64,000 bases of DNA from an uncultured bacterium (GTDB taxonomy: Bacteria; Krumholzibacteriota; Krumholzibacteriia; LZORAL124-64-63), in NCBI GenBank assembly GCA_963732385.1, contig CAVSZB010000008.1:160001-224000 (forward strand). The letters run 5' to 3'. The first letter of the stretch is position 1. Every line of letters begins with the position of its first letter. A program made the position numbers and the translations under genes. Shown piece by piece: positions 55,090-64,000 of this stretch. The notes beneath the pieces were generated by a model. The model was not told the origin of the DNA. It saw nothing but the letters and a program-made list of their open reading frames with translations, and ran no database searches.

Positions 55090-56276
55090 GGCGTGTCCTG
55101 CATCTCGCCCTGCACGACACGCGGCTGTTCGTGCTGGCCCGCGAGTCGCTCTTCTTCATGTTCGCCATGCCGGTCCTGTTCATGCTCTTCTTCGCTTCGG
55201 TGTTCGGCGGCGGCGGCCCACGGCCGATCATGGTCGCGCTGCCGGTGGTGAACGACGACTCCGGCTGGCTCGGCAGCGCCTTCGTGCGGCAGCTCGAAGG
55301 CGAGCACTTCGAAGTGAAGCTCCTGACGGCGGCCGCCGCGGACAGCGCGCAGCCTCCACGCCTGGTGCGGGTGCCCGCGGATTTCACGGCGCGGATCCTG
55401 GCCGGGGAGCAGGTGTCTCTGCGCGTCGAGAAGGCCGCGCGCAGCGATGCGGAGTTTGATCTGGCCGCGGATGTCCGGCTGAACCGCGCGCAGGTCGGCT
55501 TCCTCGGGAACCTGATCCGCTGGGACGGCGAGCGGGGGGCGGGCGGGGCCGCGGAAATTGTGATCGCCCCGGAGGCGCGCGAGCGTCTGCTGGCGCTGAT
55601 CGCGGAGCCGGCCCGGGTCACCGTGAAGTCGGGCGTGGCCGGACGCGGGCGACCGGTGCCCAGCGGCGCGGGACAGTCCATTCCTGGTATGTTGGCGATG
55701 TTCGTGGTGATGACGACCCTGATCGGAGGAGCCGAGTCGCTCACCCGCGAGAAGCACGCCGGCACGCTGGCCCGCCTGGCCACCACGCCCTTCTCCCGCG
55801 GGGAGATCCTGGGCGGCAAGCTGTTGCACCTGACGCTGGTGGCGATTTTCCAGGCACTCGTGCTCATGGCCGCGGGGGAGGCGATCGGCCGCTTCCACGT
55901 TTTCGGCATCAGCTTCAGCTGGGGCGCGGACTGGCCGTCGGTAGTGCTGTTGCTGGTGCCTTACGGCTTTGCCGTGGGCTGCCTGACGCTTTTCGTGAGC
56001 GGACTGTTCCGCACGACCCAGCAGGCGGAGAGCCTTGGCTGGCTGGCCGGCATGGTGATGGCGGCGCTGGGCGGCTGCTGGTGGCCGATCGAGATCATGC
56101 CGCCGGCGGTGCGCGCCATCGCGCACGCCTTCCCCACTTTCTGGGCCATGCAGGGTCTGCACGGGGTCATCACTTTCGGGCACGGGCCGCTCGCCGTGGT
56201 GCGCCCGGCCGCGATCCTCGTGCTGTTCGGAATCGGGTTCGGTCTGCTGGGGCGGCGCACCATGCAGTTGTCCTGA
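55086..56276 (+). CDS. ABC-2 exporter permease
   Basis: Same architecture; 'EKHAGTLARL' and 'LGGCWWP'. Confidence 0.85.
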   Translation: MRRVLHLALHDTRLFVLARESLFFMFAMPVLFMLFFASVFGGGGPRPIMVALPVVNDDSGWLGSAFVRQLEGEHFEVKLLTAAAADSAQPPRLVRVPADFTARILAGEQVSLRVEKAARSDAEFDLAADVRLNRAQVGFLGNLIRWDGERGAGGAAEIVIAPEARERLLALIAEPARVTVKSGVAGRGRPVPSGAGQSIPGMLAMFVVMTTLIGGAESLTREKHAGTLARLATTPFSRGEILGGKLLHLTLVAIFQALVLMAAGEAIGRFHVFGISFSWGADWPSVVLLLVPYGFAVGCLTLFVSGLFRTTQQAESLGWLAGMVMAALGGCWWPIEIMPPAVRAIAHAFPTFWAMQGLHGVITFGHGPLAVVRPAAILVLFGIGFGLLGRRTMQLS

Positions 56277-56316
56277 CGGGCAGTGACGGGTCGCGCGGCG
56301 GCCGCCGGGAGGGTTC

Positions 56317-57717
56317 ATGCGCGAATTCGATGTGGTCGTGATCGGTGGCGGCCCCGCCGGCGAGCGGGCCGCCATCCAGGCCTCCCGCGCCGGCAAGCGG
56401 ACGGCGCTGGTTGAGCGCTTCACCGAGGTCGGCGGCACCGGCGTGAACTGGGGCGCCATTCCCAGCAAGACGCTGCGCGAGAGCGCGCTGTTCGTGCACG
56501 GGCTCACCCTCGCCAGGCTCGATGCCATCCGCTGCGAGCTGGACGGCGAAATCACCATTGGCGACTTCATGCATCGTGAGCGGATGGTCGTCCAGCGGGA
56601 ACTGGAACTGATCCACCGGGCGCTCCGGAAATACGGGGTGGAGCTGTTGCGGGGGCACGGGCGCTTTGTCGATCCGCACACGGTGGCGGTCGAGCGCCCG
56701 GACGGGGAGACACTGCTGCTGCGCGGCGGAGTGATCGTCATCGCCACGGGGTCGAGCCCGAACCACCCGGCTGACGTCGACTTCGACGCGGAGACGGTCT
56801 TCGACAGCGCCAGCATTCTGCGTCTGCCGTGGATGCCGCGGTCGATGATCGTGCTCGGCGCCGGGGTGATCGGCATCGAGTATGCCTCGATCTTCGCGGC
56901 CCTGGGCATCGTTGTGACGCTCATCGACACCCGCGACCTCCTGCTGCCCTATGTCGATCGCGAAATCGTCGGCATCCTGCAAAGCGAGCTGGGCCGTCTC
57001 GGCATCACGATCCTGGGCGGCGTCAGCCACCGACGGATCGAGCGTCTTCCTGGCGAGCCGCCCCGCGTGCGCTGCCTGCTGAGCGACGGGCGCGAGTGCG
57101 CGGCCGACGTGCTGCTGTACTGCGTGGGACGTGATGGCAACACGTCCGACATGGGACTCGAGCAGGCCGGACTGGCGCCCGACTCCCGGGGGCTGATCGA
57201 GGTCGACGCGCAGTACCGGACGTCGATGCCGCACATCTACGCGGTCGGCGACGTGATCGGCTACCCGGCGCTCGCCTCGACTTCGATGGAGCAGGGGCGT
57301 CAGGCGATCCGCAACGCCTTCGGGTTGCGCGGCCCGCGCGGGCAGACCGACATGCTGCCGTTCGCCATCTACTCCATTCCCGAGGTAAGCTACATCGGCG
57401 ATACGGAGGAGACGCTGGCGGAAAAGGGCGAGCCGTACGTGGTCGGGCGGGGACGCTACGAACTCAACCCGCGCGGCCAGATCCTCGGCGCCACGGGCGG
57501 CCTGCTCAAACTGCTGTTCCGTGCCGACTCGCTGCAACTGGCCGGCGTGCACATTGTGGGGCATGCCGCCAGCGAACTGGTCCACATCGGGCAGGCCTTC
57601 CTGGATTGCGGCGCGGACGCGCTGTGCATCGCGGAAACCCTCTACAATTATCCCACCCTTTCCGACCTGTACCGGCACGCGGCCCTGGAGGCGCTCCAGG
57701 CCTCCGGGAAGCGCTGA
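56317..57717 (+). CDS. sthA: Soluble pyridine-nucleotide transhydrogenase
   Basis: 'IGGGPAG', 'IPSKTLRE', 'GAGVIGIEYA', 'GDVIGYPALASTSMEQGR' and 'NYPTLS'. Confidence 0.88.
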   Translation: MREFDVVVIGGGPAGERAAIQASRAGKRTALVERFTEVGGTGVNWGAIPSKTLRESALFVHGLTLARLDAIRCELDGEITIGDFMHRERMVVQRELELIHRALRKYGVELLRGHGRFVDPHTVAVERPDGETLLLRGGVIVIATGSSPNHPADVDFDAETVFDSASILRLPWMPRSMIVLGAGVIGIEYASIFAALGIVVTLIDTRDLLLPYVDREIVGILQSELGRLGITILGGVSHRRIERLPGEPPRVRCLLSDGRECAADVLLYCVGRDGNTSDMGLEQAGLAPDSRGLIEVDAQYRTSMPHIYAVGDVIGYPALASTSMEQGRQAIRNAFGLRGPRGQTDMLPFAIYSIPEVSYIGDTEETLAEKGEPYVVGRGRYELNPRGQILGATGGLLKLLFRADSLQLAGVHIVGHAASELVHIGQAFLDCGADALCIAETLYNYPTLSDLYRHAALEALQASGKR

Positions 57718-57835
57718 CTCAAGTTTTCGCCACCACCGCCGAAAGCGCAGGAGCAGGATCGCTCCCTGTGCGTGGTGTCTGCGGTGCGCGTTGGGGCGGC
57801 TCTGAGGTGTCCTGGCGCGATCGGGGGTTGGGACG

Positions 57836-58963
57836 ATGCCTTACCGGCTGCTCCTGGTGGATGACGACGAGGACCTGCTCGCCTCGATGCGGCGGCTGTT
57901 GCGGCGCGAGTCGGACTTCGTCCTGCAGACGGCCGCCGGCGGCGTGCCAGCGCTCGCAGCGCTCGACTCCTGGCGACCTGACCTCGTGCTGCTCGACGTC
58001 CAGATGCAGGGCATGAGCGGCCACGAAGTGTGCCGTCTCATCCGGGCCCACGCCTGCCACCGGTTCCTCAAGGTCATCCTGGTGTCCGGACGGTCCGACA
58101 CCACCGACCGGCTGGCCGGCTATGTCGCCGGCGCGGACGACTTCCTCAGCAAACCGTTCGACCGGGACGAGTTGCTGGCGAAGGTGCGGGTGTTCGCGCG
58201 GCTGAAACACGCGGAGGAGATCGACGAGATCAAGGGCAGTCTGCTGACCCTCTTTGCGCACGAGACCCGCACGCCGCTTACCGCGATCCTTGGCGCCGCC
58301 GAAATGCTGCTGGCCGATCCCGCCTGCGCGGGTCCGCAGCACGAGATGCTGACGGTGATCCGTGACAGCGGGCGAAGGCTCAACCAGTTCGCCCAAAAGA
58401 CGCTCCGGCTCTGCCAGCTCAAGGGATCGCTGCCTCTGCACCCGACCCGCGAGTCGGTGGCGACCCGGCTGGCAGGGTTGGTGCAGCGCAGCGCGGACAA
58501 TGCAGCGGCGCGGGAGGTGCGGGTGACCGTCGACGCGGATTCCGATCTCCTGCTGACGACGGACTGGACGCTGCTCGATGAGGCGCTTGGCCACGTGCTT
58601 CATAACGCCGTGCGCGTGACGCCGGCGAACGGACAGGTCCGGTTGCAGGCGGAGACGGCCGGCTCGCGCGTGGTCATCCGCGTGGCTGACGGAGGTCCGG
58701 GAGTGCCGAGCTGCTGGCGCGCGCGACTGTTCGACGAGTTCGCCGTGCAGGACCTGCTGCATCACCACAGTGGCCAGGGGCTGAGCCTGGCCATTGCGCG
58801 GGTCGCCATCGAGTCCCTCGGCGGCGGCATCATGGCGGGCGACGCGCCGGGCGGCGGCGCCATGATCACCCTGGATCTGCCGAGCGCAGTCATTTCTCCG
58901 GCCGCCATGGGCGGCGAGACCGTTGTGGCGCGGACTCCTGCGGAGCCGTGCACGGTCAGATAA
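57836..58963 (+). CDS. Hybrid response regulator-histidine kinase (REC-HisKA-HATPase)
   Basis: 'LLVDDD', 'LLDVQM', H-box 'AHETRTPL', 'HNAV', 'DGGPG' and 'GQGLSL'. Confidence 0.85.
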   Translation: MPYRLLLVDDDEDLLASMRRLLRRESDFVLQTAAGGVPALAALDSWRPDLVLLDVQMQGMSGHEVCRLIRAHACHRFLKVILVSGRSDTTDRLAGYVAGADDFLSKPFDRDELLAKVRVFARLKHAEEIDEIKGSLLTLFAHETRTPLTAILGAAEMLLADPACAGPQHEMLTVIRDSGRRLNQFAQKTLRLCQLKGSLPLHPTRESVATRLAGLVQRSADNAAAREVRVTVDADSDLLLTTDWTLLDEALGHVLHNAVRVTPANGQVRLQAETAGSRVVIRVADGGPGVPSCWRARLFDEFAVQDLLHHHSGQGLSLAIARVAIESLGGGIMAGDAPGGGAMITLDLPSAVISPAAMGGETVVARTPAEPCTVR

Positions 58964-61900
58964 CCGCCAATTCTTCTGCCGTCACCGAGAGCGCGCCGTG
59001 GTCGTTTTCGACGCGACCGGTCACCAGGTATGGGCCGCGTGTGAGCAGCAGTCGGCCGTACTGCTGGTAGACGCGCGGGAACAGCGTCACCTCGCACAGC
59101 GCTGTTTCGTCCTCGAGGGTGAGGAATTTCATCCGCTCCCCTGTTTTGCGCACGTGCGCCGGTTTGGCGCAGACAAGCAGACCCGCCACTTTCACCCGAC
59201 GGCCGGCACAGGCGGGCAGATCGGCGGCCGAAACGGCGCCCAGGCCGCACAGCATCCGGCGCAGGGACGCCAGCGGGTGGGCGCTCGGGGTGAGGTCGAG
59301 CAGGTCGAGTTCGTGCTGCAGTTTCTCGGCGGGGGTGAAGTCGGCGAGGGCGGGGTGCGAGGGGGGAGGAAGGGTGCGGTCGCGGGCGATGAGGGGGAGG
59401 GGGAAAAGGGTGGGGGGGGGAGAGGGCGGGGAGAGCGGTGCCTCGGCGGCGGTGGGCGACAATGGGGACAGGGAGCGTTGGGCGCAGGCTGCGGAGGTGG
59501 TGCGGACTGCGGATACGGTTGGGGCGTAGGAAGCTGCGGATTCCGCGCTTCGCGCGGGGTGCGCGGCGCAGGAGGAGCGGGCGTAGACGCGGCTCCCGCC
59601 GGACCGCCCCCCCTCCCGGCCGCGTAGCAGCGTATGTCGCCACAGCAACTCCGGCCGTGAGTCACCGAGGCCGTCACATGCGCCACAGCGAATCAGATTG
59701 TCCACTTCGGGACGGTTCAGTTCCGGCACGCGCGCGAGCAGCTCATCGAGCGAGCCGAACGGGCCGCCGGCGCGCCGCGCGGCGAGCAGGGCGGCGCGGG
59801 CGCGGTGCGTGAGACCGCGCACGCGGGCGAGTCCGATGCGCACGGCGCCGTCGCCGCCGGTGTAGCCGTCGGCGCTCTCGTTGACGTGTGGCAGCAGTAG
59901 CCGCAGGCCGAGTCGCCGCGCCTCCTCGAGGTAGGTGGCGGCGGTGTAGTAGCCGCCACCGTTATCGAGCACCGCGGCCATGAACTCGGCCGGGTAGTGC
60001 GCCTTCAGCCAGGCGGACTGGAAGGAGAGGATGGCGTAGCTGGCGGAGTGCGCCTTGCAGAAGGCGTAGCCGGCGAAGGTGCTGATCTGGCGCCAGATTT
60101 CCGCGATTCCCTCCGCGCCGACCAGCGCGGCCGCGCCGGTTCGCCGTGCCCCGTCCAGGAAGCGGTCCCTGAGGGCCAGGAAGTCGGCCGGATCCCCTTT
60201 GAAGCTCATCGCCCGGCGCATCACGTCGGCTTCGCCCAGCGACATGCCGGCCACCGCGGCGAGCGTCCGCATGACGTCTTCCTGGTAGATCATCACGCCG
60301 TGGGTCTCGCGCAGGAACGTGAGCGCTGGGTGGGGCAGGACCGTCGGCTCGATTCCGAGGTGGCGTTGCACGAACGCGCGCCCCATGCCGCTGTCGGACG
60401 GACCGGGGCGGATCACGCTGCTTGCCGCCACCACCACCGGGAAGGTGTCGGCCTTGAGTCGGCGCAGGAGCGAGCGCATGCCGGGAGATTCGACGTAGAA
60501 GCAGCCGAGGGTATTTCCCTCGCGCAGCAGGCGACGGGTGGCGGGGTCGTCGTCGGGCAGGTGGCCGAAGTCGAAGGTGACGCTGTGGCGCCGCGCGATC
60601 GCACGGGCGGTGTCGGTGATCACGGCCAGCCCGCGCTGCGACAGGATGTCGATCTTCACGAGGCCGAGCGCCTCGACCGCGTACATGTCCATCTGGCTGA
60701 CGAGGATCCCCTTGCGCGCCCACTGCAGCGGAAACAGGCGCGTGAGCGGCTCGCGGCCGATGACGAGTCCGCCGGCGTGGATGCCGAGATGGCGGGGGAA
60801 GCCGTTCAATTGCCCCGCCGCCCGCAGGAGCGACTGCCACGGCTCGCGGTGCAGCGGCAGGCCCGCCGCTTCGGGCACTTCGGCGATGACGCCGGGATCC
60901 TCGAGCGCGCGGCGCGGCAGACGGCGGCTGATGGCGCCGATCTCGCGGTCGCCGTACCCCTGCGCCTTCGCTGCTTCGCGGAAGGCGGAGCGGGCGCTGA
61001 AGCGGTTCAGGTTGCAGATCATCGTCGTGCGGTCGCGCCCGTACTTGCGGGTGATCCAGGCGAGGACCGCGTCGCGGTCCTTCCAGCCGAAGTCGAGGTC
61101 GATGTCGGGCGGCGACACCCGTTCCGGGTTGAGGAAGCGCTCGAAGTAGAGATCGTGGGTGAGGGGGTCGACATGCGTGATGCCCAGCGCGTAGGAGACG
61201 AGCGCGTTCGCCGCCGACCCCCGTCCCACCGAGGGGATCCCCTCGCTGTTCGCGTGGCGGACGATGTCCTCGACGATGAGGAAGTAGCCGGCGAAGCCGA
61301 GCTTCGCCACGACCGCCAGCTCCCGGTCGAGCCGCTCGCGCGCCGCGTCCGGCACGGGGCCGCGGTAGCGCCGTTCGAGCCCCTCGCGGCAGAGGCGGGC
61401 GAGGCGGGCGCCGGCGTCCTCGCCGGGCGGCAGCGGGAACTCGGGATAGCGCCAGCGCCCCAGTTCGTGGCGGAAGCGGCAGGCGTCGGCGATCGCCTCG
61501 GTCTCGGTGCAGGCGCGCGGAAACTCGGAGAGCAGGATCTCCATCTCGACCGGCGGGCGCAGCCAGCCGCCGGCCGGCGCACAGGCTGTCTCGTCCACGC
61601 TGTCGAGCGTGTGGCCGGTGCGGATGGCGGTGAGAAGCCGCTGCAGCGCGAGCCCTCCCGGCGCTGCCGCGTAGATGTCGCCCCCGGCCGCGATTGGCAC
61701 CTGCTTCGCCGCGGCCCACTGCGCGAGACGGCGCAGGCGCCGCATGACCGGCCCCGCCTGCCCTCCGGCGGTGACGAGCAGCACCCGCAGGGTGTCTCCG
61801 AGCGCCGCCAGGTCGCCCGGCCGGGCGGTGAGTGCGGCGAGCAGCTCCTCGGAGTCGGTCAGGCAGAACAGCCGCCCCGGCCCGCCGTCCGCGTGCGCGC

Positions 61901-62371
61901 GCAGGAAGACCGGCAGTTCGCGCCGCAGGTCGAACCGCGGCGCGACCTGCCGCCGGGTGACGAATTCGCAGATGGCGGCGTAGCCGTCCGCATCGCGCGC
62001 GAGCAGCACGGCGCGCGGCCGCCCCGGCACGAGCGAGCCCGGCACGAGCCGGGGGGGAAAACGGTGGCGTTGCCCTCTGCCCCGCCGTCGTCATCCGCTC
62101 CGCTCACGGCTCCGGCACGGGAAGATGGGCCCTGGGGGCGGTCGCCGGTGGGGAGGTCGGCGGCACGGTCATCGGTGATCTCGGCGCCGTGGATGGCGCG
62201 GATCCCCGCCGCTTCGCACGCCTTCTGGAAATCGACCGCCCCATGCAGGGCGTTCAGGTCGGTAAGGGCGAGGGCGCTCTGCCCGAGCGCCGCCGCCCTC
62301 GTCACGAGATCCCCGGGGCTGGAGGCCCCGCACAGCAGCGAGTAGTGGCTGTGGCAATGGAGGTGGATCAT
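58956..62371 (-). CDS. dnaE2: DNA polymerase III alpha, DnaE2-like, interrupted by a -1 frameshift near 62051-62061
   Basis: N-terminal PHP 'IHLHCHSHYSLL...ALTD...GAE' is in one frame. The rest ('AVLLARD..GY', 'GRGSAANA', 'FERFLN', 'PDIDLDF', 'YAFCKAHS', OB 'FLTLEDET') is in the -1 frame. Confidence 0.85.
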
Positions 62372-62422
62372 TTCAGGCACCCGGGCCGGGGGTGCAAAAC
62401 GGCCCTCCGGATGCCGAAAAAC

Positions 62423-62451
62423 AGGATAGGCGAAAATAAGGCGAAAATCAA
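62423..62451 (-). promoter_or_regulatory. dnaE2 promoter with embedded direct-repeat operator (SOS-box candidate)
   Basis: TTGATT-N17-TATCCT. ATTTTCGCCT occurs twice with an 11-bp period across the spacer. Confidence 0.65.
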
Positions 62452-62624
62452 GCGGGAAAATGACGGCCGCACCCGAATCTCTCTAACGGAAGCCTTGGCA
62501 ACGATTTTTCGGCGTCGATTTGGCGCCGGGGCAGCGATCTGGCGCGGTAGCCGTCACGCGTATGCTTGCGACATCGCGACCTTGTGACCGCGCGCCGGCA
62601 AGGGCCCGCCGACCGGCTTCAGGA

Positions 62625-62867
62625 TCAGTCTTCCGGGGGTGTATCGGAGTCGCGTTCCAGATCCGCCAGCACGGTCAGGATCTCCTCCCGATGCTCGGGA
62701 GGGGCGAGGACGACTCCCCACCCCTTCTGCGTCTGGAACAGCCCGTCGTACGCCGAATCGTGGTAGGTCCGCAGGACGTGCGGAATTCCCTGGTCGGACA
62801 GGACCGCCTCCAGCAGCTGCGCCTGCATCTCGTCATTCAGGATGGCGATCTTTTCCAGCTTCTCCAT
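62625..62867 (-). CDS. DUF2007-like small protein
   Basis: RBS GGAGG; 'NDEMQAQLLEAVLSDQGIPH...DSAYDGLF...GWG'. Confidence 0.75.
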   Translation of the reverse strand: MEKLEKIAILNDEMQAQLLEAVLSDQGIPHVLRTYHDSAYDGLFQTQKGWGVVLAPPEHREEILTVLADLERDSDTPPED

Positions 62868-62983
62868 GGCGACAGCCTCCCTGGAGCCGGTGGCCCGGCT
62901 GTTGCGCGCCCGCGGCGTGGCTGTGCGGGGCGGGAGCACGATTCGCCCCGATTGTACCCCATCGAGACAGCGAGGGGGAGGAC

Positions 62984-64000
62984 TTACACCGCCCGGTCCC
63001 GCCCCCCGTCCAGCAGTCTCAAACTGTTGAAGATCACCGCCAGCGAGGCCCCCATGTCCGCCGCGATCGCCATCCAGAGGCTCGCTTCGCCGGCCACTGT
63101 CAGCGCCACGAACGCCCCCTTGACCACGAGCGCGAAGACGATGTTCTCGCGGATCACGCGGTGGACGCGGCGGGAGTGGTGGATGAGCCAGGGCAGGCGT
63201 GCGAGGTCGTCGGCGAGCAGGACGATGTCGGCGGTCTCGAGGGCGGTGTCGTTGCGCGGGGCGCCGCCGGGGCCGCCGGCGCCGGCCATGGCGATGCCGA
63301 GGGCGGCGGCGGCCATGGCGGGGGTGTCGTTGACGCCGTCGCCGACCATCGCCACGGGGCCGTACTTGTCGCGCAGCATCTCGAGGCGGCGGAGTTTGTC
63401 GGCGGGGAGCAGGTCGAAGGCGTAGCTGTCGAGGCCGGCGGCGTCGGACATGGCGCGGGCGGCGGCCTCGTGGTCGCCGGTCAGCATCACGACGGCGCGC
63501 ACGCCGGCGTCGCGCAGGCCGCGCACGGCGGCGGCCGCCTCGGGGCGCAGCGTGTCGGACACGCCGAACAGGCCGCAGACATGGCCGTCGGTCCCGAGCG
63601 CCACCACAGAACGGCCGGCGCGCTCCAGTTCGGCGGCGCGGGAATGGCCGTTGGGCGTCTCGCCGTCCCGGTCGTGCATGAAGCGGTGGCTGCCGATCCA
63701 GAAGCGGCGCCCCTCCACGGTCCCCTCGGCGCCGAGGCCGGGGCGGGCCGTCACGTCGATGGCCGGTGTCCAGATCACGCCGTCGGCCCGGGCGCGGCGC
63801 AGGACGGCGGCGGCCAGCGGGTGCGAACTGTGCTCCTCGAGGGCGGCGGCGCGGGCGAGCAGCTGGGCCGGCGTGTGGTCGGCGTCGAGGGTGACGATCT
63901 CCTGCACTTCGGGGCGGCCGCGCGTGAGGGTGCCGGTCTTGTCGAGCGCCACGGCGCGCAGGCGGGCCGCCGCTTCGAGGAAGATCCCCCCCTTGATCAG
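62984..64000 (-). CDS. Heavy-metal P1B-type ATPase, C-terminal part (5' end outside the window)
   Basis: 'LIKGG', 'DKTGTLT', 'SSHPLA', 'MLTGD', 'VGDGVND' and 'ADMGASL' (Zn/Cd/Pb-type TM signature). Confidence 0.92.
   Translation of the reverse strand: MIKGGIFLEAAARLRAVALDKTGTLTRGRPEVQEIVTLDADHTPAQLLARAAALEEHSSHPLAAAVLRRARADGVIWTPAIDVTARPGLGAEGTVEGRRFWIGSHRFMHDRDGETPNGHSRAAELERAGRSVVALGTDGHVCGLFGVSDTLRPEAAAAVRGLRDAGVRAVVMLTGDHEAAARAMSDAAGLDSYAFDLLPADKLRRLEMLRDKYGPVAMVGDGVNDTPAMAAAALGIAMAGAGGPGGAPRNDTALETADIVLLADDLARLPWLIHHSRRVHRVIRENIVFALVVKGAFVALTVAGEASLWMAIAADMGASLAVIFNSLRLLDGGRDRAV

Noticed and set aside
59380..62170. Intein or group II intron in dnaE2
   Set aside because: The inserts are short and low-complexity, and lack intein ends (C/S...HN) or any RT/maturase ORF.
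1..64000. CRISPR arrays, IS or prophage genes, rRNA and tRNA
   Set aside because: I saw no regularly spaced repeats, transposase, integrase or phage motifs, or RNA-gene signatures by eye. A covariance-model scan was not possible.

Overview
GC-rich, gene-dense bacterial chromosomal segment; I saw no phage, IS, CRISPR, rRNA or tRNA. The gene repertoire (PorX-type REC-PglZ regulator, Omp28-like/DUF6029 cluster, FlgD/T9SS-like C-terminal domain, long LptD) suggests an FCB-superphylum organism such as the Krumholzibacteriota/Latescibacterota/Eisenbacteria group (inference). Housekeeping genes include pyrE, pyrF, serS, tsaE, tsaB, rimI, accD, folC, a ROK kinase, lptD, alr, maeB, sthA, a fur-feoB operon and an ABC exporter. 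Signals the ORF track misses: (1) a secreted UshA-like/tetraheme cytochrome c selenoprotein split at an in-frame TGA in a C-G-U motif, with a SECIS-like hairpin (20960-22321); (2) a sigma54 signalling module (25.9-34.1 kb) of pseudo-kinase, 1493-aa TPR enhancer-binding protein, separately promoted secreted protein, sigma54-driven structured RNA candidate and hybrid kinase; (3) a promoter-bounded rod-like ncRNA candidate at about 950-1077 (-); (4) a dnaE2-like polymerase broken by a -1 frameshift at a T4C7 tract, with a direct-repeat operator inside its promoter. All calls come from reading motifs by eye; no searches were run and several start codons are best guesses.
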